Positions 35,847 to 49,607 are shown, counted from the first letter of the stretch. The stretch is DNA of 64,000 nucleotides from Eledone cirrhosa (GCA_964016885.1 OZ024751.1:186001-250000); one strand, 5' to 3'. The notes: a model not told the origin generated them from the letters alone. Made by a program: numbers and translations.

Positions 35847-38800
35847 ATCATCATCATCATTTTACATCCGCTTTTCCCTGCTTGCAAGGGTGGGACGGGT
35901 CCTATTCAGTACAGCATCTCTCCACTTGTCACGGTCCTTCGTCATCTCCTCCGTGAGCTTCAGCAATCTGAGGTCTGCTCTCACCACCTTCGCCCATGTT
36001 TTTCGTGGTCTTCCTCTACTGGGATTTCTTGGCACTTCTTTTATTCCTCTTATACAGTTTCTCTCTCAACTCATCTATGCTTGGTCGTTCATGCACATTG
36101 ACATTGCACATCCAACGGAGCATGCTTGCTTCATTTCTCTCCAGCCGTCGCATATCCTCTGCAGTTGCTGCCCGTGTCTCACTACCATGCAGCATCACGC
36201 ACCTCACACAGGCATCATATAACCGGCCTTCCGTACGTAGGGAAAAACCCTTCTTTGTCAACAGAGAAAGCAGCTCCCTAAACTTCTTCCAACCTGTCCT
36301 TATTGTAGATACTAATGCCTCTGAACACCTCCCTCCCATGCTAATCTGATCACCTAGGTACCAGAAGCTATCAACCACTTCCATAGAACCCACCTGCATT
36401 TGAAAAATGTGTCTATCAATGCGACTTCTACTGTCAAATTTACCTGTACATCTACTGCATACGTATTTCTCCCTACCTGTTAGTTTGCCTGCTATCCCAC
36501 TACATCTCTTGTGTACCCAAGATCTGCATTGTGCACATTTTAAAGAATTTATGCCAGTTCCTTTTCTGCATATCGAACATGGCTATTTCCCTGACGGAAT
36601 CAGAGTTTTGTCCTTTTTTTACTCATCAACACTTTTATTTTAGCTAGGTTCACTCTCAGTCCTCTTGATTCCAACTGCTGTTTCCATAGCCAGAATTTAT
36701 TCTCTGGCTCCTCTACTGATTCTGCTATAAGAACCAGATCGTCACCATAGAGAAGTTCCTATGGACAGCCAATCTTAAACTCCTCTGTTATGGCTTGGGG
36801 GACTATAATGAACAAGAGCAGGCTGAGGACTGAACCCTGATGTACTCCTACTTGTATCTGGAATTCCTCACTAAACTCCATTCCTACCCTCACTTACTGA
36901 CAGTACCTATGTACAAAGTTTGCACTGTCCTCACAAGCCATTCCTCAACACTTAGTTTCCTTAGGGACCACCAGATGACAGATCGAGGTACCCTATCAAA
37001 GGTCTTCTCTAGGTCAACAAAAGCTAAATATAGTGGCTTATTCTTCTCTAAGAACTTCTCTTGTAATTGCCTCACTAAGAAGAGGGCATCTGTTGTACTT
37101 TTCCCAGGCACAAAATCAAACTGCATCTCATCTAGTTTGACCCTTTCTCTAATTAGTTGTGCTAATATTCTCTCTGCCACTTTCATAACTTGATCCATCA
37201 GTTTTATGCCCCTATAATTGCTCCTCTCCAGAGCATCCCCTTTACCTTTGTAGCAATTTATGAGAATACTGCTGCACCAGTTTTTAGGTATGACACCGCC
37301 ATATATAGCCTGATTGATGATGCGTGCAACCAGTTTAGTGTCTATGTCCCCTGATGCCTTCAGCATCTCAGCAACTATGCTCGACAGTCCAGCGGCCTTA
37401 CCATTTTTCATTTTCTTATTCGCCTTTTGGACCCTATATTCGTCAATCACAATAGCTGGTCCCTCCGTCGGATCTGCTGAGGTAATTTCTCTCTCTTTCA
37501 TTCGTTCTCCACATTCATCAGTCTCTCATAATGACTTCCAGGCCTCCTTTTTCTGATCATTTGTGACACTAAGTACACCGGCTCAATTCCGGACACATTT
37601 ATCTCCAACAACATCCTGATTTGCATTGACACACTGCCTTGCAATGTGGAACAACGACGTCTCTGATTTTCCCGTCGCAGAATATTGGCAAATGTCCTAC
37701 TTTCAGCTTCCCTGCGTGCTAAGTACACCTGACGTCTAGCTTCTCTCTTAGCGGCTGTATATCCTTCTCTACTCCCACCCTTTTTCCAAGCATTCCATGC
37801 TAGTCTTTTGTCTCGAATAGCCCTATCTACCATGCTGTTCCACCACCAGGTCACTCTCTGTCTGGTTGGAGCTCTGCTCTAGCCACAAGTTTTATCAGTA
37901 GCCTGCAGTAAGTTGTCACGTAAGAAATTCCAGTTATCATCTACGAGGGGGGGATCAAAAAGTTTGCGGAATTTTATCGTAGTAAGAAAAAAATAGGTTA
38001 AAACAATATTAAATATATCAGAACATTGTCACTGGGTGTTTACCTTGCTTTTAGTCACCTGTAGTTAGTTATGCGTGGACTATTGTACAGTACTGACACA
38101 CTTTTAAAAACCTCTTTTTGGAACAATGGAAAATAGTTATTTTGAGATAAGATCGAATATCAAGTTTCTGGTGAAACTCAAATGGAAAGGGACACAGATT
38201 ATGGAGGCTTTAGTTAAAGTTTACGGTACTACTGCTCCAAAGAAAACTGCTGTCTACAAGTGGATTCAGCGATTTAAACAATGGAGAGACGACTTTGAAA
38301 ACGACCATCGCAGTGGAAGACTAGGAACATCAAAAAATGACCAAACGTTGAGGCTGCTCAGACTTTAATTGAAGAAGATCGAAGAATAACAGCTAATCAG
38401 TTAGCTAAGTCCCTAGACATTTCATATGGTTCAGCAAATTCAATTCTGCACGATAATTTGGGACTAAGCAAGCTTTCAGTGTGATGGGTCCCAAAAGAGT
38501 TGCGCCCTGATCAGCTGATTCTTTGAAGTGATCTGTCTTTGGCAATATTAAACAAAATTGAAGTTGATGAAGAGCATTTCCTGACCAGAATCATCACCGG
38601 AGATGAAACCTGGATCTACCAGTCTGATCCTGAATCCAAACAGCAGTCAAAACAGTGGCTTCCACGTGGATCATCGGGGCCAATCAAGTTCAAATCTCAA
38701 AAGTCGGATAAAAAAGTGATGGCCACCATTTTCTGGGATTCAGATGGGGTAATACTAATAGATTATCTTGAAGGTCAAAGAACTGTGACAGGAGCTTACT

Positions 38801-40160
38801 ATGCAAATGTTTTAAGGAAACTGAAAGAGGCATTAGTCAAGAAACGAAAAGGGTGGGATCTTGTTTTACCATGACAATGCACCAGCGCATTCTGCACGGG
38901 TTGCAAAAGAAGTTCTTCGAGAATTTCGATGGGAAGAGCTTCCTCACCCCCCTTATAGTCCAGATGTAGCCCCATCAGACTTTTTCCTCTTTCCAAAACT
39001 CAAAGAAATGCTAAAAAGAACCCGTTTTAGTGGTGTTGAAGAAGCTAAAAACACTGCCAACACATGGCTTCGAACAAGGCCTCCAACTTTCTTTAGAGAT
39101 GGCTTACGAAGCTGGAAGCATCGCCTTGTGAAGTGTATTGACCTGGATGGCAACTATGTAGAAAAATAAATTGAAGGTAAATCATATTTTTTGAAAAATA
39201 GAATATTTTCTGAAAAATTCTGCGAACTTTTTGATCCCCCCTCATATGTCATACGACTCAAAATCGTCTTCTTTTTCATCATACACATCTTGAAGGGCTT
39301 TGCTAAATTTGTATTTTAGTGAAAGGTCTTTTCCTTCCTGTATGTCTCATTCTGTCTCTTGCTTACTGAGATATCACTAACAACTAACCTATGCTGTGGG
39401 GTACATTCTTCCCCGGGGTATGCCTTGGTATTTTACACCATCTGCCTGTCCCGCTGCCTAACTCGTAAGAAGTCAATCTGGCTTATGTGCTCTCCTGATT
39501 TTTAGGTGTTTAGGTGGTTGGCAGGTTTCTGGAAGTTAGTGTTGCAAATAGTCAGTGTACTTGCATTACAAAATTCTAGAAGTCTCACTCCTTCTTCATT
39601 TCTTGAGCCATAACCGTGCCACCATGTACCCCAGTGTATCCATCCTGGAGCTGACCAACATGACCATTGAAGTCCCCTGCTAGCATAATGATTTCTCCGT
39701 CCTCTGTCATTGCGGCTGTTTGTAAAAGTTGCTCGTAAAAGCAGTCTTTCTCTTCTTTACCTAGGCCTGCCTGGGGAGCATAGGCAGAGATGATTGTCAG
39801 TAGTCTCCTACCTACAGCTAATCTAAGCTTAATTATTCTATTATTAACTCGAACTACCTCTATTGTCTTATCGATCCATCTCTCAGCCAGGAAAATGCCT
39901 ACTCATCCTTACCTACCCAGAAAAGCTTATAACTAAGATGTTTGCCTGCGATTAGTCTCGCAGAGGCACCTCTCCATCTCTGCCCTTGCATGCAGCACAC
40001 ATCTACTTGCCTTCTCTCCAGCATCTCCGCTATTTCACCAGATCTACCTGTGAGAGTGCCAACATTAAGTGTTGCAACTCTGAGATGCGACGTCTTCATA
40101 TTCTTGTTCCTTTCCTGTAGTGTGATTGCTTGAAGACGCTCGGTGGGTTTTCGCACATGG
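35847..40160 (-). mobile_element. Near full-length degenerate RTE LINE (family B), interrupted by a mariner
   Basis: Minus-strand APE (ATLNVGTL), RT (FVDLEKTFDRVP) and C-terminal (RTGWKKFRE) pieces; (CAT)n tail at ~35847. Confidence 0.9.
37944..39244 (+). mobile_element. Mariner transposon (Hsmar2/irritans-like), transposase pseudogene
   Basis: TIRs CGAGGGGGGGATCAAAAAGTTTGCGGAATTTT / AAAATTCTGCGAACTTTTTGATCCCCCCTCA with TA TSDs (37942-43, 39245-46). TGDETW, HDNAPAH and YSPDVAPSDF (D,D34D) motifs split by frameshifts and stops. Confidence 0.95.
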
Positions 40161-41594
40161 CCTCACCAGCCACCCCACTACCGTGCGCAGCCCTAACATG
40201 GTTAGTGTTGTTGCTGTTGATGCAGTTGTTGCAATTCTCATTTGTTGTGCTCATAGTTTTTGGCAGTAGTATATACACTGGTTGGATGCCTTTCCTAACA
40301 CCAGCACCACTTTACAACATGGACTGGGTGCTTTTGTTTGTGCCACCAGCACTAGAGACAATGTCTTACTGGACTCATGGGCCCTCTCTACCTTTCCATT
40401 TTACAGCATGATCATAACAATAATAATAACACTATTAATAATTATTAATTAATTCTATTGTGCAATGCCTGTGCATGAAGAATATTTTTAAAGTGAGGAA
40501 AGACTGTGCACAGAGCCAATCCCACACTCTGAGTGACAGTAGCTATAACCCGAAAAGAAGAAAAGATCAACATCATCGGTAACTACTGAGCCGCAGGTTT
40601 TATGTCGGAGTTATCTCAGTTTCCTGAGATGCCTTCTCCTAGAAGAATGCCCTGACAAGAGCTAGGGGTCCTTCACTCCCAGTGGTTTAACTGCGCGACT
40701 GGATATCCAGCCTGATTATTTCTATGTCCCCATGCATAAAAAAAAAAAATCACTTACTTATATACACACACACACACACACACTCACCAACACTCATGCA
40801 TACAAACACACACACACACATATATTGCCATCATTACTGATACAAGATCATGTCAACTGTTGACTTTCGAAAGAGTTTGTATAATTGAAGCCGTGTGTTA
40901 CTGTGCAGTATTATTATAATAATTGTTTTACAGCATAGAGCTATGGCCCTCCACGCTCCGGGTTCAAATCCCACCTTGGTCAACCCTGTTCTTCATCCCC
41001 ACGGAGTCGACAAAGCAAGGCACCAGCAATGCGCTGGGACAATTGCTGCTCCGTGCCAGCAGCAGAATATATATATATATATATAATGAAGGCAAATGGC
41101 TTAGTGGTTAGAGCATTGGGCTTGCAATTGAAAGGTTGTGAGTTCAATTCTTAGACCGGGTGATGTTGTTTCCCTGAGCAAGACACTTCATTTCACATTG
41201 CTCCAGTTTACTCAGCTGTATAAATGAGGTGATAGGACTGGGGACCCTATCATTCCACTGCAAAGTAGTCGTCGAGGTGCCACGACAAAAAAGCACCCAG
41301 CCCACACTGTAAAGTGGACCTGTAGGCGCCACGGAAAAAAAGCACCCAGCACTCACTGTAAATGAGGTTGGTGTTAGGAGGGGCATCCAGCTGTAGAAAT
41401 CAAGCCAGAATCAGTTCCCATCCCACCCTTGCAAGCAGGGAAAAGCGGATGTAAAATGATGTTATATATATATATGTTGTCCCCAAAAAATGTATACACA
41501 CTTTGATTACCTGTACAGACAATATTTATTAGAATGCTGTTAAAATGTGTATACATTTTGGGGGGGGGGGGGGGGGGGCAACCCTTTATATATA

Positions 41595-42674
41595 CTAGCA
41601 GAAAAACCACCATTCGGGTGGTTTTCTGCTTGCATGTGTAGTGTGTATATTGATATTATATGCATGTAGATATGATACATCAAATGAAATCGTAATTGAC
41701 AAAATACACAGAAATTTAACGAAGACTGTGTTACACTCTCTTATGTAATCAGTACGTAATCCATGATACATTAAAAAAAGACAATATATATCTGCTAGCA
41801 TGTGTAGTGTGTATATTGATATTATACGCAAGTATATATACATGTAGATATGATCAAATATAATCGTAATTGACAATATACACAGAAATTGAACGAAGGC
41901 TGTGTTACACTGTCTTATGTAATCAGTAGCGTAATCCATGATACATTAAAAAAAGACGATATTATATATAAACTGCATTAGGTGGAAATTAGTGACAGAA
42001 ATATATGAATATTTATTTAAACGATCACTAACCGGAAGTGTTGACATTTGAAAATTTTAAAGAAGTGATTCTTTAAATAAGTAATAAAATATCAACACTT
42101 CTGGTTAGTGACCATTTAAATAAATATTCATATATTTCTGTCACTAATTTCCACCTAATGCAGTTTATATATAATATCGTCTTTTTTTAATGTATCATGG
42201 ATTACACTAGTGATTACATAAGACAGTTGACCAGGTGATGTGTTGTTTCCTTGAGCAAGACACTTTATTTCACATTGCTCCAGTTTACTCAGCTGTAGAA
42301 ATGAGATGATAGGGACTGGGGTCTATATCATTCCACTGTAGAGTGGTCGTGGAGGTGCCACGGCAAAAAAGCACCCAGCCCACACTGTAAAATGGACGTG
42401 TAGGCGCCACGGAAAAAAAGCACCCAGTAAATGAGGTTGGTGTTAGGAAGGGCATTCAGCTGTAGAAATCAAGCCAGAATCAGTTCCCGTCCCACCCTTG
42501 CAAGCAGGGAAAAGCGGCCGTAAAATGAATGAATGAACAGCCACAAAATTTAGTAGATAAATTATGTAATATTCATTCATTATTTATTCAAAGTAATCCA
42601 ACTTATTTTACTAAGGGGATAAAAAATTATAAACTGTATGCAGTCCCGCACTTCTTACTTTATTATAGTTTAGA
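41595..42674 (-). mobile_element. Same Helitron family, with internal duplication, fold-back and SINE insertion (~42229-42535)
   Basis: Reverse-complement termini of the 33604 element (CTAG at 41595, GA at 42673-74). A partial third copy lies at ~63140-63330. Confidence 0.7.
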
Positions 42675-43162
42675 TATATACAAGGTTTGACATCAGGAAT
42701 GGCATCCAGCCATTCTGCTACAAAATCTCATTCAATCCAGGCCAGCCATGAAACTAATAATGATAATAATATTTATTTATTATGGTAAATATATCTTTAT
42801 AGCCCTAGGATCATAATCTTGGTTTCTGTCTATTTTATACAAGACTAGCAGAGGTACCTGGCAATGCTCAGGTATTAAATAGCATTTATGTTAATACTTC
42901 AGTGCTTCTTCGCAAACTATACTTGTACAAAATCATTTTTTTTTCTACTCAATATGTGCCAATTCTGAGTGTTCAAATTCATTTGTAGAACATACATAGT
43001 CCATGTGCCAATTTTGGTGAAAATCGGTTGCGAACTCCAGAAGTTAGATGCTCAGATCAAGAGTGTGTTGTTAGTCCTCTAAGGAACTGAAAGCATATGA
43101 TATATATATATATATATATACAAAGTGTTAAAACGATCAAATTTTAGTTTAGAACATTTATT

Positions 43163-43209
43163 TGCTGACAATTGTTTCTTCCAGAGGGAAGTCTGGAATC
43201 ATCGGAGCA
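43163..43209 (-). ncRNA. Identical hammerhead copy in the left arm of the palindrome
   Basis: Exact reverse complement of 43364-43410. Confidence 0.65.
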
Positions 43210-43363
43210 TAGGGAATGTCGAAACATGTGACTAAAATCCTAGTCATTTAGAACATTTAGGGTACATAATTGTTGTTAGTGTTATGCCTATGACACTAAC
43301 AACAATTATGTACCCTAAATGTTCTAAATGACTAGGATTTTAGTCACGTTTCGACATTCCCTA

Positions 43364-43410
43364 TGCTCCGATGATTCCAGACTTCCCTCTGGAAGAAACA
43401 ATTGTCAGCA
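43364..43410 (+). ncRNA. Type I hammerhead ribozyme (U4C core variant), right arm of palindrome
   Basis: UGCU-CCGAUGA-UUCCAG(ACUUCCCU)CUGGAA-GAA-ACAAUUGU-C-AGCA. Palindromic helix III, GUC triplet, AATAAA immediately downstream (43411-43416). Confidence 0.68.
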
Positions 43411-44044
43411 AATAAATGTTCTAAACTAAAATTTGATCGTTTTAACACTTTGCATTGAGCCTTTTGTCATACCGGTAACCGGCTAGTACTTAGTACTACC
43501 CTCCATATTTATAGTTGTATTATATATATATAACGCAGGAAGTGTGGTAAGGGACCACATGGACCATAACGCACCGTCGAAACGGTTTGAGCTCTGCCGT
43601 CGGGGTTAAACTTTTTCCTATATATATATATATTATAAGATCAGATTAAAGTTTAAGCAAAGAATCGCTGCTTTCACCCTTAACAGGATCTTCTGAAACT
43701 AAAAAAATCAATCTGTGGACGCAGAAGTAAATATTTCGAAAAACGTTGCAACCGAATGAAAACAGGAAGACAATACTTTGGTTCATGAAGACGTTCCTTG
43801 GCAATGAACGGAAAAAAGCGAAGATAATACGTCATTATGTGGAGTGATGAGAACAATTACACGCAAAGACAAAACCACCTTTATGGTATAAATGAAGTCG
43901 TAGACTAATATTCTATTTAGAATAGCCCGATGATTCTTGGCTCCGGAGTATAAAAATAATGTAAATAAAGTTGTTAAATGGACATGACAGAGGTTATTAA
44001 AATAGTACATATATACACATACATATACGTGTATACACACACCA

Positions 44045-44106
<62 letters not shown>

Positions 44107-44899
44107 GACATTGTAACTTCCCCGAACACACACAGTCACAGTACATCTTGTGTGAAAGAGAAAGTGACGTATGGTTGAAGAAGAGGGAGAGTTAAACTTT
44201 GTAAAGAATAAATAAATGAAAGTTAAAGTTATCTAATGCTGCTATCATTTTCTCCCCTCCCCAACCCCTTCACTCTCTTTCTTTCTCATACCCTCTCTCT
44301 CTTTTTCTCTACAGAATGGAGAACAATCAAGAACGCGCAGATCTCTCTCTCTCTGTCTTTATATATATATATAAATGAAAGGTATAGAAAGTATTGTAGC
44401 AAGAAGCCAACAGTATTCCATAATATGTATGTGTGTGTGTGTGTAAACCAGCATTCGTCGCCATTCTCTCTATCTGAATATCCTGTACCTCTCTCTGTAT
44501 AATGGTATATCTCACTCTCTCTCTACTTCTCCCTCTCTCTCTTTAGATGTATATGTCTGTGTGTGTGTGTGTGTGTGTGTGTAGTTTTCATACAACCAAC
44601 CAATATTTATCTAGGGGCCACATTAGACAAAAACTTGAAAATTTTATGACTCCAAAACACTCCTGGGACCATAACGCATGTTTGTTCCAAATTTGAAGCA
44701 AATTGGTTGTAAACTGTAGAAGTTTTAACTGTGGGTATGAACATACAACACACATCCTCAGTTTTATATATATAGATAAGTAAAGTGACTTGTTCAAGGT
44801 CCCAGCCTAGTATCCTGTATGTTTGAAATTCTCCTTAGGTAATCTATCTTTCTATAATAAATGTAGAACTGTATTTCTTGTCTTCTTTGTGTTTTCCAG

Positions 44900-44942
44900 G
44901 TTAGATGGAGATGGTTTAGACCTGCTTGAGAAATTTCTAGTG
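44900..44942 (+). CDS. CDK17: CDK17-like coding exon 13
   Basis: (R)LDGDGLDLLEKFLV. tccAG / GTAAGT. Confidence 0.95.
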
Positions 44943-45631
44943 GTAAGTGTTCCTTTATATATACTTTATATATATATATATCTCATTCATTTTCATTTCA
45001 TTTTTACGTCCGCTTTTTCCATGCTTGCAAGGATGGGACAGGAACTCATGCTGGCTTGATTTCTACAGCTGAATGCCCTTCCTAACACCAACCTCATTTA
45101 CAGTGAGTGCTGGGTGCTTTTTTGCCATGGCACCTCCACGACCACTTTGCAGTGAAATGATATGGACCCCAGTCCCTATCATCTCATTTCTACAGCTGAG
45201 TAAACTGGAGCAATGTGAAATAAAGTTTCTTGCTCAAAGAAACAACACATCACCCGGTCTGAGAATTGAACTCACAACCTTTCAATTGCAAGGCCAATGC
45301 TCTAACCACATATATATTAAAATAACAAATTAAAGTTTTAGCAAAGAATCGCTGCTTTCACCCTTAACGGGATCTTCTGAAACTAAAAAAAATCAATCCG
45401 TGAACAGATTGATTTTTTTTTTTTAGGGTGAAAGCAGCGATTCTTTGCTTAAACTTTAATCTGTTATTTTAATAAATATTTGCTTTAGGGTTCTTATATA
45501 TTTGAAATATATTTATCCTTATCCTACCGTCCCACCCTTGCAAGCAGGGAAAAAAGCGGACTTAAAACGAAATGATGATGATGATGATTATCGAACCCTC
45601 TTTGGATTTTAGTCTTCACATTTATTATTAT

Positions 45632-45670
<39 letters not shown>

Positions 45671-46597
45671 CACACTTGTGTATGTGCATACATATGTGTG
45701 TGTGTATATATATATGCGGGTGTATGGAAGCCGCGGAGTGGGGAGACCCAAGAAGACCTGAGCAATGACACACGACCGTGACCTCTGGCGTCACGCAGTA
45801 ATACAGAAGACCCGACCCCCCCACAGGAACAAGCCGAAGCTGAAGCATATAGATAATATGGCCCCACATCCTCCCACTGCAAAGTGGTCGTGGAGGTGCC
45901 ACGGCAAAAAAGCACCCAGCCCACACTGTAAAGTGGACATGTAGGCGCCACGAAAAAGCACCCAGCACTCACTGTAAATGAGGTTGGTGTTAGGAAGGTC
46001 ATCCAGCTGTAGAAATCAAGCCAGAATCAGTTCCTGTATGAGCAAGACAAGGTCAGCCGACCAGACACTGCTCACAACAGGACAACCCGTCTAACCCATG
46101 CTAGCATGGAAGAACGGACGTAAAACGATGATGATGATGATGTATATATATATATATAGAGAGAGAGTGAGAGCAAACAATATGTAGGAAAATGTGGTAC
46201 TAATTTTAGTGATCTCCCTTAATTATGTATATTTTCCTACATATTGTTTGCTGTATATCTGTACAAAATGGTGGGTTTCTCAAAAGATATGTGCCACTCT
46301 CTCCTCTCTGTAGCAAACAAGCTCTGCTTTCACCCAAAATGGGATCATCTGAAACTTGTTTTATCAAGTCCTCTTTGTATTTTGGTCTTCGTATTTATTA
46401 TTACTGTGTGTGTATTACTGCGCCAACATAGCGATATACAATACCGACATACACACACGTGTATGTAGGTATTGTATATTGTATATATGTATGTATATAT
46501 GTGTGTGTGTATGTAGGTATTGTATATATATGTATATATATATATATGTGTGTTTTTTATATACTAAACCATTTAGTATATGTATTTACCATTTTAG

Positions 46598-46688
46598 TAT
46601 GAAGCTAGGAAAAGAATGAGCGCAGCTGAAGCATTGAAGCATCCATTCTTTAGGTGTCTTGGTCCAAGTGTTCACAAGATCCCTGACA
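46598..46688 (+). CDS. CDK17: CDK17-like coding exon 14
   Basis: YEARKRMSAAEALKHPFFRCLGPSVHKIPD(T). tttAG / GTAAGT. Confidence 0.95.
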
Positions 46689-48603
46689 GTAAGTTATTGA
46701 GGCTTTTATTGAATAAACTCTACTATTTTATGTAGTTTTGTTTTATACCACTGTTTGTTTAGAATTAGCTACACCATATTGTCTAGCCCATGCTAGTTTG
46801 GAAAAATTGACGTTAAACGGTGATGATGATAACTTTGTGAGTCTTATGAGGCGGCTAAAAGGGATCATTGATCCAAGGAAGGACATCTGGCTGTAAAACA
46901 GGGCCTGAAATAGGAGTCTGTGATGAATATGAAGTCTGTCTTGAGACCTTTAGCAAGGTATTGACAAGATCTGTCCTTATTCGCTTACTGAGTGAGGCGG
47001 AACTCATCAAATCAAACCAAGGAAACAATGTTTCTGTTATTCTTTCTATTGCTGTTACTATCTACTGATCACAACTCCTGGCAGAAAGAGCAACTCTCAA
47101 ATCAGACCAAGAAAACAATGTTTCCACTGATCTTTCCATTGCTGATACTATCTACTGGTCACAACTCCTGAAATAAAGGACATAATGCATCGTCCAGTCC
47201 AGGAATTGAACTCACAACCTCATGATTAGCAAGGAAAGTGGCCTTAAAATGCTTGTTGTATGTTGTTCTGTATATTATATTACATTATGTGTATCCAGTT
47301 TAGAATATATACACTGGTGTGTTTATTGCAAGAGGTGACTAAAAGAGCTTCTGTAAGGTATGGTATTTGGCTGTAAAACATTGCCACAAAAACGACCCTA
47401 TGATGAAGCCTGCATGGTTAACCCAACTTTAGCAAGGAAAACAGCCTTCACCTTTTCATTACCCTATTTCTAATGAAAGCCAGTTTATTATTTTGAAAAT
47501 AATGAAGAATTTGGAAAGATTTAATAAAATAACTTTCTCATTATTTAGCTGGTTTTTGTAACATAGGTTATCAAAGGTTCTTACATAAAATTATGCTGGA
47601 ATGTTTTTAAATAAATATAATATATATTCCACACTGTAAATGTGGTTGGTGTTAGGAAGGGCATCCAGCCGTAGAAAGCCTGCCAGATAGTCCTATACGA
47701 GCGAGACACTGTCACCCGACCAACCTTGCCTCAAGTGGCACAACTCCAGTCTAACCCATGCTAGCATGGAAGATGGACATTAAACGATGACGATGATGAT
47801 GATAAACATTATAAAATAAACAGCTTAGATTGTAGAACCAGGGGTGATTTCATGTAGTTTTTTATCAAATGGGTTAAAATGTTTGTTGTTGTTTTGAATC
47901 ACAATTAATAAGCAACAGTGTTGTTGGGTATTACAGGTTTCCAATGCATCACTAATTGATTTACTACATTTCTGACAATGAAAGTATCAAGGGAGTCTTT
48001 GTAACTTGATGCAGAATAAATATTGCGAGGGATTTTGTTTTCCTTTCTCTCTAACTAGTGCTAATATCCTTTGCCAATATACAACAGTGAAAGGGTATTC
48101 ACACAGATATAGCAGAGAGCAGTAGCTCAGAGTAAAAACTGACTCAGACCATGAAAGCCCATTTAAACCATGGAAAATAAGCATAAAAAGGATGAAAAAG
48201 TTAATTGTTACTAAACAAATCCCTCCAGCTTTTCAGTTATTTTCAATATAGTTTGAAAATTATAGGCATTCCCTTTCATTAGAAATATGGTAATGAAAGA
48301 GTTAATAAAACTGATTTAAAAAAAAAAAATTACTCTCATCATCATTAACCCTCTAGCATTTAAACCGGCTGTAGCCGCCCAGAATTCTCTCACCACATTC
48401 TATTCAAACTGGCTATAACCAGTTGCTCATACTTATGTTACGGTATTGTTCTCAAAATAAATATCAAAATCTCATAGGTTTGATATTATGTGAGGTAAAG
48501 CCTTTACCGTGAAAATACAAAAGTAAATATAGAGTACCCTCTCTCTCTTTATATATATATATTACTCTCATCATCATTAACCACTCTCTCTCTCTACTTT
48601 TAG

Positions 48604-48681
48604 CTACGTCAATATTTGCAGTTCCGGGTATAGTTCTACATCGAGATCCTGGTATCCGTTCTTCCTCAGTGGCAACTTCAG
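48604..48681 (+). CDS. CDK17: CDK17-like coding exon 15
   Basis: (T)TSIFAVPGIVLHRDPGIRSSSVATS(G), like CDK17 SIFSLKEIQLQKDPG. tttAG / GTAAAT. Confidence 0.92.
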
Positions 48682-49047
48682 GTAAATAATGAATTGTCCT
48701 CAAATAAGTTATATTTCATGGTAATTATCCTGCTAATTAAGGTCAGAGAAAGACATGTAGTGTGATGTAGGAAATACCTGGATGTTAAGTTCTTTCCAAA
48801 GTTCTATTTCTCATGAAGGGCACTTAGATTTTAAGTCCATTTTTATGGACAAGATTTTTAAAAGATTATTATTTGCGGTAAAAATACAATAGTAAATATA
48901 AAGTAATGTAAATGTTAAAGGAAACACAAGCTGTGTATTTTATTAGGAATATGATGGAATATATTCTCTAAAAGCAGGTAGTAAAGCTGCAAAAATATTT
49001 AGGATTAGGAAATTCTTGTCTCTAATTTTTCCAATTCATTATTTCAT

Positions 49048-49235
49048 GGGCGGTGGATTGGCAGTATCGGTAGAGGGTCGGACGCCATGCTTTACAGCAT
49101 AGTTACGGCCCTTTAAGGTCTGCGTTCAAATCCTGCCGAGGTTAACTTTGCCTTTCATCCTTATGGGGTCGATAAAATAAAGTACCAGTAATGAACTGGG
49201 TAATTGCTGGCCTTGTGCCAAAAGTAGAAACAATT
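49048..49235 (+). mobile_element. tRNA-derived SINE with Nin/Deu-like domain
   Basis: Box B GTTCAAATCC followed by GCCTTTCATCCTTATGGGGTCGATAAAATAAAGTACC. Copies at ~28465-28650 (-), 29790-29925 (-), 50718-50885, 52610-52825 and 63750-63925 (-). Confidence 0.75.
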
Positions 49236-49277
49236 ATTTCATGGTTTCAGCCTGATAAGATATTCTTTCCATTCCAG

Positions 49278-49309
49278 GGAACCGAAGACGTCAGAGTATG
49301 CTCTTTTGA
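49278..49309 (+). CDS. CDK17: CDK17-like last coding exon (stop TGA 49307-49309), 3' UTR follows
   Basis: (G)NRRRQSMLF*, matching the CDK17 C-terminus KNRRQSMLF. Acceptor ttccAG. Confidence 0.94.
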
Positions 49310-49576
49310 AAATTTGCTGACAACACTGCTACAAACTGTGATTAATTAACCTTTTTTTTTTTTTTTTTTTGGGTTAGTAACCAAAGATTGACTTAGTCAA
49401 CTTGTACTGTACTTAGTAAAAAAGAAAAGAAAAAAAAACAGTTTTGTGACCACAGATATGAAGCAAAAAAACAACAACCAGTGAAAGCAAGGCAGAGCAT
49501 ATCCATTATATTTCAACCATGATACTACTACTACTACTACTACTGTGCCAATCACCAACCTTTGGGCCTCTCTCTT

Positions 49577-49607
<31 letters not shown>

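Larger units (their letters stand above)
43121..43518. mobile_element. Palindromic Penelope-like (pseudo-LTR) non-autonomous element in (TA)n
   Basis: ~165-bp near-perfect inverted arms (43121-43285 / 43290-43452) plus a ~65-nt unpaired tail. Hammerhead in each arm; flanked by (TA)n on both sides. Confidence 0.65.
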
